Virus record (IMG/VR): IMGVR_UViG_3300038312_000089
Origin: an uncultured virus (IMG/VR IMGVR_UViG_3300038312_000089)
Lineage: Duplodnaviria; Heunggongvirae; Uroviricota; Caudoviricetes
Length of the DNA stretch: 64,000 nucleotides
Reading direction: 5' to 3' (one strand)
The notes beneath the pieces were generated by a model. That model had not been told where the DNA came from. It worked only from the letters and a program-made list of their open reading frames with translations, and did not search any database. The translations under genes were made by a program, and so were the position numbers. Of the stretch, positions 29,547-39,142 are shown in pieces. Numbering within the stretch: position 1 is the stretch's first letter; the number at the start of each line of letters is the position of its first letter.

Positions 29547-30032
29547 GTGGCAGACAAAAAGATTACTGGCTTGACAGAATTGACCGCACCTGCGGATAAC
29601 GATTATTCAGAAATTGTGGATACCAGCACCGGCGCAAGCATGAAAGTATCAAGAGCGAATTTATCCGGCTGGCATTTTCTCACCACTCCCCTCATCTCGA
29701 CCAGTTGGGATGGCGATAGCTTCAGCACGACCGCAAAGACGAAGATTGACCTGTCAAGCGTGTTTGGTGCGCCGGCTGGTATCAAGGCGGCACTATTTAA
29801 TGTGGCGCTCAGAGATAGCGGTAGTGCGGCGAATGAATGTCTAATATCCCTCTCTCCAAGTTCAGGCGCTGGTGGCTTATCAGCGAGATGCAGTGGTATT
29901 GCCAATGACAAGTTTGTCAATGCCTGCTTGATCGTCCCTTGCGACGCAAACGGCGACGTCTATTACGACATCGCCGCAAGCGGCACGGGTACGATGGACG
30001 TTTATCTGCAGATTTATGGTTACTGGCTATGA
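29547..30032 (+). CDS. Minor tail protein
   Basis: ADKKITGLTELT start; ends GYWL. Confidence 0.55.
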   Translation: MADKKITGLTELTAPADNDYSEIVDTSTGASMKVSRANLSGWHFLTTPLISTSWDGDSFSTTAKTKIDLSSVFGAPAGIKAALFNVALRDSGSAANECLISLSPSSGAGGLSARCSGIANDKFVNACLIVPCDANGDVYYDIAASGTGTMDVYLQIYGYWL

Positions 30033-31211
30033 CACTCCCCTTTGGCATTGACATAAGCAAACATCAAGGCACAAACGACTTCGCGAAAATGCGAGCAAAT
30101 ACGTCTTTTGTGTTCGTCAAAGCGACCGAGTCTTGGGGCTACACAGACCCAAAGTTCTACGCAAACTGGCAGGGTTTGGTCGGTCACAATAGGGGCGCAT
30201 ACTGCTACGTCTGGCTATCAGACGACCCTCTCCGACAGGCTAACCACCTTATTGATATTGTCACGCAAGCAGGCGTTGACTGGAAGTATGATCGGCTCGT
30301 GCTTGACCTCGAAAAGAGCGGACACGGGCTATCAAAAGCAGAAGTTTCAAGACGGGTACTCGTGATGATGGAGCGGATAAAAGAAATCACGGGGCGTTAT
30401 CCGATTCTTTACTCTCGCAAGTACTGGGTTCAGGACAATATGCTTATCAACGACCCACGCCTTATAAACGCCGACTGGTGGTTAGCATACTATCGAACCG
30501 CGTTACCATATCCGCTTTACACTCCCGAAATGCCGTCACCTCCGTTGATGCCTAACGGTGTGAGTAAGTGGCTGATTCATCAAACTTGTGAGCGGGGCAA
30601 GGGCAGGGAAGTCGGCGTTGGATCGTACTACGTTGATCAAGACAGGTTCAACGGAACACGGGCTGAATTGAACAGCTTCTTTGGGCGTGGTACATATGTT
30701 TATCTTCCAATCGTCACTACTCCAAAGCCAGTTGAAGACGACTGGACTGGACTACTGAGAGTGAAGTTGTGGTCACAGCACGACCCGCGTTGGGGCGGCG
30801 ACCGCATGGGTGAATCCTACTGGAGGCTCACAGAAAAAGGCTGCCTGGTTACCAGCGTGGCTATCNNNNNNNNNNNNNNNNNNNNNNNNNNNNNNNNNNN
30901 NNNNNNNNNNNNNNNNNNNNNNNNNNNNNNTGCTATTTCCTGAGATTCAAAAGGATCTCGCTGACTACACCTGGTATTGGAATGGTACTGGCTGGGAAAC
31001 ACAGGCACGCTCCATACTGAGTAGCAAACGCCCTGTGTTAGGTCTCGTGGATATGTACGCAGGCGGTGCGCTCAACCAGCATTGGGTATTGATCGTCGGC
31101 GAACACTCTGATAGTTGGTGGGCGGTTGATCCTGATACGGGCACGTTGATTAATCTCAGTAAGTACCAAAATAAAGTATATCGAATCGTTAGCTATCGGA
31201 GGACTAAATGA
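30029..31211 (+). CDS. Endolysin: GH25 muramidase plus C39-like peptidase domain (interrupted by an assembly gap)
   Basis: GIDISKHQG, FVKATE, LDLE; GCLVTS...HWV...DP; near-identical to intact 62044..63291. Confidence 0.85.
30866..30930. other. Scaffold gap (65 N)
   Basis: N run; the homologous interval 62881..63010 is 130 nt long. Confidence 1.
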
Positions 31212-31423
31212 TCACAGTAAAAGTGACGAATTGCACGATTGTTGAAAGCGAGATGGTTGTATCGTGCCAGACAACCAACACGGCGCACCCGAATATTACG
31301 CTTGAATTTTCAACCAAACACGGCTGCGGGCAAACGCTTGATGGCGTGCAGAGTGAGATTGACGGCGGCGCAAAACTGTTGTGGATTGCGTACGCAAAAC
31401 CGCAATGGGACGTTGTAGAGTAA
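31208..31423 (+). CDS. Small conserved protein (copy at 63377..63592)
   Basis: Near-identical duplicate. Confidence 0.75.
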   Translation: MITVKVTNCTIVESEMVVSCQTTNTAHPNITLEFSTKHGCGQTLDGVQSEIDGGAKLLWIAYAKPQWDVVE

Positions 31424-31434
31424 GGTAGGCTATT

Positions 31435-32022
31435 ATGGCTCATACTTGGGCTGAAATACAACCTGATGGAATTGCGGATAAGCTTTGGTATACCTCCGCA
31501 ATGTCGAGCGACGGCTCAGTCATTCTGGCTGGCGTTGATGGTGGTCGGCTCTACTTATCCACCGATTCAGGCACAAACTGGTCGGAAGTACGACCTGCTG
31601 GTGATGTAGATAAGGTTTGGCGCACCTCGTCAATGTCAAGTGACGGGTCGGTAATTTTCGCTGGAGCTTACAATGGTCGGCTCTACTTATCCACTAACTC
31701 CGGCACAGACTGGTCTGAAGTACAACCTGCTGGGGGCGCGGATAAGTATTGGCGTGCCTCCTCGATGTCTTCTGACGGGTCAAAGATTATCGCTGGCGTT
31801 AGTGGTGGTCGGCTCTACTTATCCACTAACTCCGGCACAAACTGGTCGGAAGTTCAGCCTGTTGGAGACGCGGATATTGGTTGGCAAACCATCGCAATGT
31901 CGTCGGATAACGGGTCAAAGATTATCGCTGGCGTTTACGGTAGTCGGCTGTATCTCGGCACGGAAGCGACATCATCCATCATTAACCACATTATGCACTA
32001 TCGAAGACTAATGAGCAGATAA
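31435..32022 (+). CDS. Beta-propeller (BNR/Asp-box-like) repeat protein, putative tail-associated adhesin
   Basis: Four ~44-aa repeats W..SAMSSDGS.I.AG..GGRLYLSTNSGTNW. Confidence 0.75.
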   Translation: MAHTWAEIQPDGIADKLWYTSAMSSDGSVILAGVDGGRLYLSTDSGTNWSEVRPAGDVDKVWRTSSMSSDGSVIFAGAYNGRLYLSTNSGTDWSEVQPAGGADKYWRASSMSSDGSKIIAGVSGGRLYLSTNSGTNWSEVQPVGDADIGWQTIAMSSDNGSKIIAGVYGSRLYLGTEATSSIINHIMHYRRLMSR

Positions 32023-32032
32023 GAGGTAACTT

Positions 32033-34156
32033 ATGAGCATACTCAAACAATCAACCGCAGCGACAATCAAACTTGGGCCATTCGTGGATGACACGGACGG
32101 AAAGACCGCCGAAACCGCTCTCACAATCGGGCAAGCGGATATCCGTCTCAGTAAAAATGGCGGTGACATAGCACAGACCAACAATGCGACTGGCGCAACC
32201 CACGACGAGTTGGGCTACTATAATATCCCGCTCGACACGACCGACACGGGCACGCTTGGCAGGTTGCGCGTGTTGGTCAGCAAGGCGGGCGCATTGCCGG
32301 TGTGGCAGGACTTTGTAGTTGTGACCGCGAATGTCTACGATAGCATGTTCTCAACCGACAAGCTCGATGTGGCAGTAGTTGAAATGGCAACCGATGTTTT
32401 GACAGCCGCAAGTGTGAAAGCGGATGCGGTCACGAAGATACAGAATGGGCTGGCAACTTCCGCAGCGCTCGATACCGTTGACGCGAACGTCGATTCCATT
32501 CTCGCCGACACTGGCACGGACGGGGTGGTACTTGCATCAACTCAGGGCGCAATCACATGGGCACAGCAGAAGATTGTGGCTGATGTAGCGAATGAAGGGG
32601 CGTTAGATATAACCAATACTAATGCGGAGGGTATTGGTCAACGCAATTTGGGCACAAAAATTGGGCAAGCAAACATTGCAATCAATACTAATGCGGGCGA
32701 AAATGCAATTGGTCAGAGAAACTCAGGTACGTCAACCAACGGCAACAACACTGCTCTTGTTTACGGACAGCAGAACAAAACAACGGTAATATCAGGCGCA
32801 GCACTCGACAGTGAATCTGTTAGTGGTTTTGACTCGGCACTTGCTCTCGAAGCGACCCTCACTGCTATCAAAGGCGCTGGTTGGACAAATCAAACCCTTG
32901 TCAAGATTGTCACAGACATTTCTGCTATCTCGGCTGGCTCTGGGGCTACTCCTCAACAAATCTGGGAGTACGCAACTCGTACCATTACTGGACTTCCAAC
33001 AATGCCAACCGACTGGGTAACGGCTGCAGGCTTGAAAGCTGATGCTGTTACTGAGATTCAAAGTGGGCTTGCTACGGCTGCGGCGCTTGACGCGGTAGAC
33101 AACTTCATCGACACTGAAGTCGCGGCTATCCTTGCGGCGGTTGACACTGAAGTTGCGGCGATCAAAGCCAAAACCGATAACCTGCCCGCTTCCCCCGCTG
33201 CTGTTGGCTCTGCAATGACATTGACTGCTGCTTACGATAAGGCTAAGGATGATGTGCTCACGCCATTGGCAGTTGTAGACGGGATTGTAGATGCAATCAA
33301 GGTACAAACCGATAAGATACCTGCTACTCCTGCATCGGCTGGTGAGTACACAGCCAACATCGGGGCGATAAAGGCGAAAACGGATAACTTGCCGCTATCT
33401 CCTGCATCGAGCGGAGAATACACAAGCGCATTGACAGCTATTCAAAACGACCTCGACAATCCTAATCAATATAAAGCAGACGTGAGCGGACTGGCTACTC
33501 AGACAAGTGTCAACGCAATCCCGACAACGCCTTTATTGGCAGCGAACTACATCGCGCCTGATAATGCGGGTATTGCGGCTATCAAGACCAAGACCGACAG
33601 CCTCACTTTCACCACGCCAAACAAGGTTGACGCTTCAGCTACGGTGAATCCCACTGGTATTGCAACATCAGCGGAATTGGAGATTGTCGGCGGCAAGGTT
33701 GACGGCGTGTTGAACAAGCTCAATGTCAGCTCTGTCGAGTTTGTGACCGCGGTTGTTGGCTCGACCATAACCATACTGAGAGGCGATACTTTATCCGCTC
33801 GACTGCTTGATTTGGGTGATTTTACTCAGTATGTGAGTCTGGATTTTACCGTGAAACTAGTGAGTGGCGAACTTGACGATGCCGCGAGAATCCGCCTCCG
33901 CAAGAACGCAAGCGGAACGGGTGACGGCTTGTTACGGCTCAACGGAGCGGAGTACGCCACCGCTACAGACGGCTCAATTGTTATTGATGATCTTACCACT
34001 GGCGATATCGAGATAAAGCTGACCGCAACGGCAACACAGGAACTCGTCCCAGGAAACTACGTCTACGATGTGCAGATCATTACCGCAAACGAGGTCAGAA
34101 CGCTCACAGCGGGCAAACTTGAAGTTGTTGCAGATGTAACCAGGGCGGTTGCATAA
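32033..34156 (+). CDS. Long tail fibre-like protein
   Basis: 707 aa, Ala/Thr-rich with AIKAKTDNLP repeats. Confidence 0.7.
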   Translation: MSILKQSTAATIKLGPFVDDTDGKTAETALTIGQADIRLSKNGGDIAQTNNATGATHDELGYYNIPLDTTDTGTLGRLRVLVSKAGALPVWQDFVVVTANVYDSMFSTDKLDVAVVEMATDVLTAASVKADAVTKIQNGLATSAALDTVDANVDSILADTGTDGVVLASTQGAITWAQQKIVADVANEGALDITNTNAEGIGQRNLGTKIGQANIAINTNAGENAIGQRNSGTSTNGNNTALVYGQQNKTTVISGAALDSESVSGFDSALALEATLTAIKGAGWTNQTLVKIVTDISAISAGSGATPQQIWEYATRTITGLPTMPTDWVTAAGLKADAVTEIQSGLATAAALDAVDNFIDTEVAAILAAVDTEVAAIKAKTDNLPASPAAVGSAMTLTAAYDKAKDDVLTPLAVVDGIVDAIKVQTDKIPATPASAGEYTANIGAIKAKTDNLPLSPASSGEYTSALTAIQNDLDNPNQYKADVSGLATQTSVNAIPTTPLLAANYIAPDNAGIAAIKTKTDSLTFTTPNKVDASATVNPTGIATSAELEIVGGKVDGVLNKLNVSSVEFVTAVVGSTITILRGDTLSARLLDLGDFTQYVSLDFTVKLVSGELDDAARIRLRKNASGTGDGLLRLNGAEYATATDGSIVIDDLTTGDIEIKLTATATQELVPGNYVYDVQIITANEVRTLTAGKLEVVADVTRAVA

Positions 34157-34221
34157 GGCGCAGGTTACCTGCAGGCCTGACAGCACGATACAACAGAGAG
34201 TCCAAAATAATGGAGGAAAGA

Positions 34222-34447
34222 ATGAGTAAAAAAAACAAAAAAATGCTTTGCGAAAGCCAAGTGGCAGCAGTTTTCTTGAATCCCGCCCAAACCAGCACCA
34301 GAGTAGGGCAGCTGTGGAGAGGCCAAGAGGTAACCATCGTAAAAATGGATGGTGACTGGGTAAGGATCGATCAGCCAGAGGGGTTGGGTGATCAAGGGGC
34401 ACCTGATAGATGCCCCTGTTGAAAATGAAACACAGGTAAGATCATAA
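34222..34447 (+). pseudogene. Frameshifted SH3b-domain gene
   Basis: VGQLWRGQEVTIV..DGDWVRI..PEG; removing one G at ~34381 restores GWVIKGHL...*. Confidence 0.6.
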
Positions 34448-35365
34448 CCCCCAATTTGTGACAGGGCTGGCTCTGCGATGAGCTGCCTGGATATCCACCT
34501 GTGCAATTGCCAGGTAGCGCTTGACCATGTCCAGGGTGGAATGTCCAAGGATCCTTTGCAAGGTATAGATATCACCACCATTGCGCAAGAAGTTGATGGC
34601 AAAGGTGTGACGGAATCTGTGGATGGTGGGATCCTGGACACCTGCTCGTTCTCCCAAACGATAAATCGATTTTAGGAAGTTATCTCTAAGGAGCGGAGTG
34701 CCATTGACCGTGGCAAAAGCGGGTGAATTGATCAGCATGTCTGGACGGGTTGAGAAGTAGGACCAGATTGCCTGAGCGGTTCTGCTCGAGATAGGGATCT
34801 GGCGCTCTTTACGCCCTTTCCCCATTACCATGATGTTTCGATTGCGTAGATCCACATCCTTGATCTTGAGACCGCAATACTCGCTTGCCCGGATGCCAGT
34901 ATCCAGGAGCAGAAACAGGCTTGTTTTCAGGCGTAGACCTTCGGGGTAATCAGTTGCCGTCTCACGTTGGCCTGGGAGCAAGTAGAGCTTCTTTTTTTGG
35001 CAGCTTGCCAACATGGCCTTGATATCTGCTTCGGTATAGGGCACAACGGCGATTTCATCCGGTCTGGGCGGTTTGTAGGTTTGAGGCACTTTTTCATCAA
35101 CGAGTTTTTGCTGGTATGCCCAGGTCCAAAGAGCTGACAATCCGGTATGGTAGTTTTGCAAGGTCTTTTTTTTGAGATGTTGATACCGACTTATGAAGCC
35201 TGCAATGTGTTCGACGTTGATGTCATTGATTAGCAGATCTTCACCGAGGAAAGTTTGGAACTTGCGGAAAGTGTTGAAGTAGTCCTGGATGGTATGGGGT
35301 GAGAGCTTTGGCTCCGCAAAGAGGATGTAGCCTTCGAGTGCTTGAGATAGCGTTAGTTGTTTCAT
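34442..35365 (-). CDS. int: Tyrosine integrase (phage B)
   Basis: GIRASE, GKGRKER, HRFRH, LGH, RY catalytic set; RBS before ATG 35365. Confidence 0.95.
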   Translation of the reverse strand: MKQLTLSQALEGYILFAEPKLSPHTIQDYFNTFRKFQTFLGEDLLINDINVEHIAGFISRYQHLKKKTLQNYHTGLSALWTWAYQQKLVDEKVPQTYKPPRPDEIAVVPYTEADIKAMLASCQKKKLYLLPGQRETATDYPEGLRLKTSLFLLLDTGIRASEYCGLKIKDVDLRNRNIMVMGKGRKERQIPISSRTAQAIWSYFSTRPDMLINSPAFATVNGTPLLRDNFLKSIYRLGERAGVQDPTIHRFRHTFAINFLRNGGDIYTLQRILGHSTLDMVKRYLAIAQVDIQAAHRRASPVTNWGL

Positions 35366-35554
35366 AATCCGTGCTGCCTCCTGAACAGCCTTTAGTGGTT
35401 GGGATAACGCTGGTTTTGGTTTGGAATAAAAAAAGGACACCAGCTTTTTTTTATACTGGTGCCTTCCTGCCTCAATCCGTGCTATACGGAGTGGCTTATC
35501 CGTACTATCCGAGGGTGTATTTGAGGCTTTTTCCCTCGTTGGGACTTGTTACAA

Positions 35555-35596
35555 TGGGCACTGGCAGGATCGAACTGCCGACCTCACAGATGTGAA
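35555..35596 (-). mobile_element. att core: 3' half of tRNA-Val(CAC), probable attP
   Basis: Minus strand TTCACAT-CTGTG-AGGTC-GGCAG-TTCGATC-CTGCC-AGTGCCC-A; no 5' half; flanked by ATCCGT(G/A) repeats. Confidence 0.85.
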
Positions 35597-35723
35597 CCCT
35601 ATGACCGTTTTTAGGGGGTTCGGATAGCAAGGCTTTCAATATCCGTGAGCTATGAGGTCTTTTGATGCTCTTATCCGTGATGTCTGGAGAGTGCGCCAGT
35701 ATGTTGAATATTATGGTAAAGTG

Positions 35724-36092
35724 CTATTCGTTTGTTCCTAAAGCGGAAAGTTTTTTTGCTTCTTTTTTTGTGTATGTCCTTACTAGAACATGCACATTTA
35801 TCTTCCCTAAGTTAGTTTCTTTTAGTTTTGAAACTGAAAACTTGATAATATGACCATGTTTCGCGGCTTGGATGATCAGATCCGAATCAAACCCCCTTAT
35901 TTCGCCGATCTCTGCATTATCTTCATCTGTAATAACCACCCACTGAGTTTCGTTAAAATCATCGTCATATTTAGACTCAACTGAACCCTTTAGTTCATCT
36001 CCGATCTTTAGATGAGCGATATTGTCCTGTCTAGGACATCCAGCATCGTCTTCAAGAGTGGTTCCAGTCAATCGCACAATTTTCTCTATCAT
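35724..36092 (-). CDS. HIRAN-like domain protein
   Basis: GTT...RQDNIAHLKIGDEL..E..YD...EIG pattern; coupled to the repressor. Confidence 0.55.
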   Translation of the reverse strand: MIEKIVRLTGTTLEDDAGCPRQDNIAHLKIGDELKGSVESKYDDDFNETQWVVITDEDNAEIGEIRGFDSDLIIQAAKHGHIIKFSVSKLKETNLGKINVHVLVRTYTKKEAKKLSALGTNE

Positions 36093-36700
36093 TACAATCT
36101 CCTACGAATTTCAATGACTTTACCAATAATTGTTATCGGAAGGGCGGCGACCTGGTCGGAATCGAAAAAGACCGGGTCATAGGCAGGGTTGCTGGGGATG
36201 AGCATGATCCCTTTTGGAGAGAGCTTCACGCGTTTGATGGTGAAATCTTCCCCATTGACACGGACAACAGCTATTTGTCCATTTTCGACATATTCCTGTT
36301 TTTCGATGATGACAATATCGCCGCTGCGAAGATCTGGCTCCATGCTATCGCCCTTGACATGGAGAGCAAAGAGCTCGCCGTGTTTGACAAAGCGCGGGTA
36401 TATGTCGATGTACTCTTCGATATCTTCAATGGCTTCGATAGGGGTCCCTGCAGGAACGGATCCAAGCACAGGGATCATACGACTTGTTTCAGTTTGTGGT
36501 TGGCTTATCTTGCCTAATAGGTAGTCTACGCTGACGTCAAGATTGATTGCAATTTGAGCGAGAGTTTGGGTATCGGGATCCCGTGTCCCCGTCTCATAGG
36601 TCGAATAGGCTTGTCTCGAAACAGAAATGAGACTGGCCAGTTTTTCTTGGGTGAACCCCTTTGCTTTTCTGGCGTTCTTCAAACGTTCCATGTTGATCAT
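36092..36700 (-). CDS. CI-like repressor (XRE HTH plus S24 peptidase)
   Basis: RLKNARKAKGFTQ..YETG; VPAG cleavage site, GDSMEP, TIKR. Confidence 0.95.
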   Translation of the reverse strand: MINMERLKNARKAKGFTQEKLASLISVSRQAYSTYETGTRDPDTQTLAQIAINLDVSVDYLLGKISQPQTETSRMIPVLGSVPAGTPIEAIEDIEEYIDIYPRFVKHGELFALHVKGDSMEPDLRSGDIVIIEKQEYVENGQIAVVRVNGEDFTIKRVKLSPKGIMLIPSNPAYDPVFFDSDQVAALPITIIGKVIEIRRRL

Positions 36701-36714
36701 CCTTTCAGTTTAAT

Positions 36715-36822
36715 GCAACTCTATGTAGCACGCAATGTAATTATACTAATTTCTACAGAATGTGGAAATTGCTCTTGACAATTCTACGCAGAGTGGCTTA
36801 TACTAATGCCACAGAGAGTAGA
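36715..36822. promoter_or_regulatory. Lysis-lysogeny switch: promoter TTGACA-18-TATACT (36775..36804) and four 15-bp imperfect palindromic operators
   Basis: GCAAC-N5-GTAGC 36715, TCTAC-N5-GTGGA 36752, TCTAC-N5-GTGGC 36783, GCCAC-N5-GTAGA 36808. Confidence 0.75.
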
Positions 36823-36835
36823 TAGAGGAAAACAC

Positions 36836-37039
36836 ATGAAAGAATTAGTCGAAATCAGGAAAAATCGAAAACTCACCCAGCAAGAAGTAGCTGATTTAGC
36901 AGGCATGAAACGGTCATATTACGGAATGATTGAGACTGGAATCAGGCGCCCTTCCCCGGAAGTGGCTATGCGGTTGGGGAAAGCACTCGATTTTGACTGG
37001 ACCCGATTTTACGAACCAGAAAAAGAAACCGAAGAGTAA
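36836..37039 (+). CDS. Cro-like XRE regulator
   Basis: LTQQEVA..IETGIRRPS; divergent from the repressor. Confidence 0.9.
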   Translation: MKELVEIRKNRKLTQQEVADLAGMKRSYYGMIETGIRRPSPEVAMRLGKALDFDWTRFYEPEKETEE

Positions 37040-37420
37040 AACAAAAGGAGCCTGGTGAGATGAACAAACGCAATGAGAAGTTTGAGTTCAAAGTGAAGCT
37101 GGCTGACACCTGGGAGGAATCTCCGGTCTTATGCACCAGGAAGATCCGTATCTCCCGAAATTCTCCTGAGGCGTATGAATTCGCCCAGAAGCTTTCGAAC
37201 ATGCTTGATAAAGAAGTGCGCTGGCAATTTGCCTGGGGGAACCAAGGGCACTACGTCTCACCAGAAAAAGAACCCGAAAAGCAGTAGAAAGGATTGTCAT
37301 GTTACGCGATGCACTAGTACTTTTATCCCCGTATTTTGTTTTCATCGTCCCAATGGTCCTGTATGCGTTTTGGCAGGAAGAGATCGCACCCCGGCTTAGA
37401 GATCATAGATCGTAACAGGG

Positions 37421-38383
37421 ATGCAGATGGAATCTGGTAACGAAGCAAAGCAAGCAGCCTGGCAAGACGCAATCCGGCTCTGGCTGCATCGGCAGAACAG
37501 CCGGCACACGGCTCAGTCCTATCGATCGAGCCTGACTGGCCTGCTTGCCTATTGCGGAAAGCCTGCCTGGGAGATCAGCCGGAAAGATATTGCCGGCTGG
37601 CTGGCAGATCTGCACCAAGCGGGCAGGTCGGATGCGACGGTTGCGAGCCGGATCAGCGGGGTCAAGAGCTTCTACAACTTCGTAATTCGTGAATATGTCA
37701 CCCTGGACATGGACGGCGAGGAGTATCGTCTTCGTGAGGACAACCCGGCTGCGAGCTTCAAGCTGCCAAAAGTCGAACGATATGGTAAGGCGCTGTGCTG
37801 GGATGAAGAACAAGCCGGCGCATTCCTGCGAGCCATCAATACAGACAACCTACCAGGACTTCGAAACAAGGCTCTTTTTGCAGGGTATCTACTGACAGGG
37901 CTCCGAAATTCTGAGCTCCGGCAGCTCCGGTATGAGGATCTTGAAGTGCTGCCAGGTGGGATAGTAATTATGAGGTACCAGGGCAAAGGCAAGCCCAACC
38001 AGACCAAAGAAGTTTACCCACCAGTGTACGAAGCGATCATGGCATTTGCTGATGCAGAGCAGAAGTTCACTGGTTTTGTTTTCCACCGGTATACAAACAC
38101 GGGGGAAATTGTTGATCTGCCAATCTCGGACCAGACGGTCAGAGACAGTCTCAAGTATTACGCCCGAAAAGCCGGCCTGCGTACCAGGGGATTGAAAGTG
38201 CACAGTTTACGGCACACAGCGGCTTATTTGAGAGCACAAGCTGGCGATGATGAAGACACGATAAGGAGGTTCCTGAAACAAAACAACGTTGAGACCACGA
38301 GATTGTATTTACAGAAGCTGATGCCAAATCCGGATAAGACCTGGATGACGGTAAGCGAAATGTTGGGGCTTGCGAGCTCCTAG
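37421..38383 (+). CDS. Second tyrosine recombinase (Xer/resolvase-like)
   Basis: GLRNSEL, KGK, HSLRH, TTRLY; second His position reads Q. Confidence 0.9.
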   Translation: MQMESGNEAKQAAWQDAIRLWLHRQNSRHTAQSYRSSLTGLLAYCGKPAWEISRKDIAGWLADLHQAGRSDATVASRISGVKSFYNFVIREYVTLDMDGEEYRLREDNPAASFKLPKVERYGKALCWDEEQAGAFLRAINTDNLPGLRNKALFAGYLLTGLRNSELRQLRYEDLEVLPGGIVIMRYQGKGKPNQTKEVYPPVYEAIMAFADAEQKFTGFVFHRYTNTGEIVDLPISDQTVRDSLKYYARKAGLRTRGLKVHSLRHTAAYLRAQAGDDEDTIRRFLKQNNVETTRLYLQKLMPNPDKTWMTVSEMLGLASS

Positions 38384-38401
38384 GAAAAGAAAAAAGAGAG
38401 T

Positions 38402-38429
38402 GGTTGGGATAATACGCATTATCCCAAGC
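38402..38429. promoter_or_regulatory. dif-like 11-6-11 recombination site
   Basis: GGTTGGGATAA-TACGCA-TTATCCCAAGC, 18 nt after the recombinase stop. Confidence 0.7.
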
Positions 38430-38443
38430 AATGAGAGAAAAAC

Positions 38444-38719
38444 ATGGAAAAACCCTTTGCTTTAAGAGATATCCATTATCAACTTCTAAGATGCATTGAG
38501 ACCTTCATTCAGTGGAACGGTTACTCTCCTTCCGTCCGCGATTTGGTCGCAATAATGGGTAGAACCAGTACGTCCCATATTTCAGGGCTGCTCAAAGATC
38601 TTGCGGCAAAGGGTTTTATCAGGCAGACGCCAGGCATTGCACGAAGCATCGTGCTTGAGCGTCTGCCTGAGGTTAATAACAAACCTGGCTACCAGTCAGG
38701 AGCTGTTAGCCAGGATTAG
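38444..38719 (+). CDS. LexA DNA-binding-domain-only protein
   Basis: GYSPSVRDL..MG.TSTS...L..KGFI...PGIARSI. Confidence 0.85.
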   Translation: MEKPFALRDIHYQLLRCIETFIQWNGYSPSVRDLVAIMGRTSTSHISGLLKDLAAKGFIRQTPGIARSIVLERLPEVNNKPGYQSGAVSQD

Positions 38720-38765
38720 TGCAGAGTCCTCATGGGACTCTCCAATTATAGCAGAGGTAGTAATC

Positions 38766-39140
38766 ATGGAAGAAATTAAAATGTTGACTGATCTGGAAAA
38801 ACACATTTTGGAGCAACTGGAAAACCGAGGTTATGAATATCCTTTGAACCGGGATGACCTGGCAGGAAGACTGCGCTGGCGGAGTTTGATCGGCACAAAA
38901 GATGATCGGGCAATGCGGGGTGGAATTGAGAGCCTGCGCAAACAAGGTTACCTGATCTGTCACCGCAAGGGTAAGGGCGGAGGGTATTACCTGGCACGAT
39001 CTAAATCCGAATATGAGGATTTCAGGATCCGTGAATACAAATCAAGAATTATCAGCCTGGCTGACACACTGCGAGAGATGGACAAAAGCGCAGAGTTGCA
39101 GTTTGGTGAAGCCATTCAATTAGACCTGTTCAAAATTTAG
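38766..39140 (+). CDS. Winged-HTH protein
   Basis: DRAMR..IESLRKQG..I...GGYY; ends QLDLF. Confidence 0.6.
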   Translation: MEEIKMLTDLEKHILEQLENRGYEYPLNRDDLAGRLRWRSLIGTKDDRAMRGGIESLRKQGYLICHRKGKGGGYYLARSKSEYEDFRIREYKSRIISLADTLREMDKSAELQFGEAIQLDLFKI

Positions 39141-39142
39141 CT

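Noticed and set aside
35555..35596. Functional tRNA-Val gene
   Set aside because: 5' half (acceptor 5' strand and D-arm) is missing
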